This document shows, piece after piece, positions 42,929 through 43,054 of a stretch of 43,054 nucleotides of DNA (the stretch's first letter is position 1; every line of letters begins with the position of its first letter). Source of the DNA: an uncultured Candidatus Saccharibacteria bacterium. Its GTDB lineage: Bacteria; Patescibacteriota; Minisyncoccia; Phycocordibacterales; UBA9973. The notes below the pieces were generated by a model. The model ran no database searches, was not told the origin of the DNA, and saw only the letters and a list, made by a program, of their open reading frames with translations. Where the stretch lies: positions 1 to 43,054 of the forward strand of contig CAZCND010000002.1 in assembly GCA_964500195.1 (NCBI GenBank), given 5' to 3'. The translations under genes and the position numbers were made by a program.

Positions 42929-43054
42929 TGCGGAGACGCAGGGATTCGGTCACTCTCGTGGATATTTTGCCTTGCTTCGCTTGCAAAATATCTCACTCCC
43001 TCGACCCCCACTCGGGCTGGCCGCTTCGCGGACTTCGTCAGCCCTCGGTTCGAA
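42929..43054 (+). repeat. Element B: third member of the A/B/C family, truncated by the window end at ...GGTTCGAA
   Basis: 5' TGCGGAGACGCAGGGATTCG-GTCAC; GATATTTTGC...GCAAAATATC hairpin; CTCGACCCCC; GGCTG...CAGCC hairpin; then CCTCGGTTCGAA. Collinear with A and C. Confidence 0.5.

Overview
AT-rich, tightly packed bacterial window. Its gene content fits a small-genome Patescibacteria/CPR-like organism, but that placement is inference. Supporting observations are an S19-to-L15 ribosomal protein cluster with no L30 or L29 gene, an archaeal-type UMP kinase, weak Shine-Dalgarno use, and many TGnTATAAT extended -10 promoters.

Core genes:
- dgkA, then rpsS-rplV-rpsC-rplP-rpsQ-rplN-rplX-rplE, a reverse membrane ORF, then rpsZ-rpsH-rplF-rplR-rpsE-rplO-secY-adk-pyrH-map.
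- A 921-aa TraD/VirD4-like P-loop ATPase, ndk, a beta-CASP metallo-beta-lactamase, and infC-rpmI-rplT.
- pepF, smpB plus tmRNA, ftsH, tRNA-Ile(UAU), recG, ackA, a DksA-like protein and def.

Three accessory regions stand out:
1. 19.1-23.7 kb, next to the tmRNA 3' end. This is an array of single-gene ORFan cassettes. Each has its own promoter and a homologous terminator, and the cassettes are separated by four copies of a ~150-nt module that itself looks like a promoter-sRNA-terminator unit.
2. A family of ~155-165-nt structured palindromic elements, with copies at 23485, 31796 and 42929. Their termini copy the acceptor and T-arm 3' end of tmRNA or of a tRNA-like sequence. The copy beside tmRNA has its own promoter and terminator.
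3. 32.4-42.8 kb. A five-gene operon encodes an MccF-like S66 peptidase, a PLP decarboxylase, a SAM-methyltransferase-fold protein and two dCTP-deaminase paralogs, one with its catalytic Glu replaced by Gln. It is followed by a visibly G+C-richer island with a large serine recombinase, an IS200/IS605 element and two divergent class II aminoacyl-tRNA synthetase paralogs. One paralog is LysRS-like with an altered motif 2. The other is a monomeric, mitochondrial-type PheRS-like protein, translationally coupled to an 89-aa ORF.

No CRISPR array, cas genes, reverse transcriptase or rRNA were seen.
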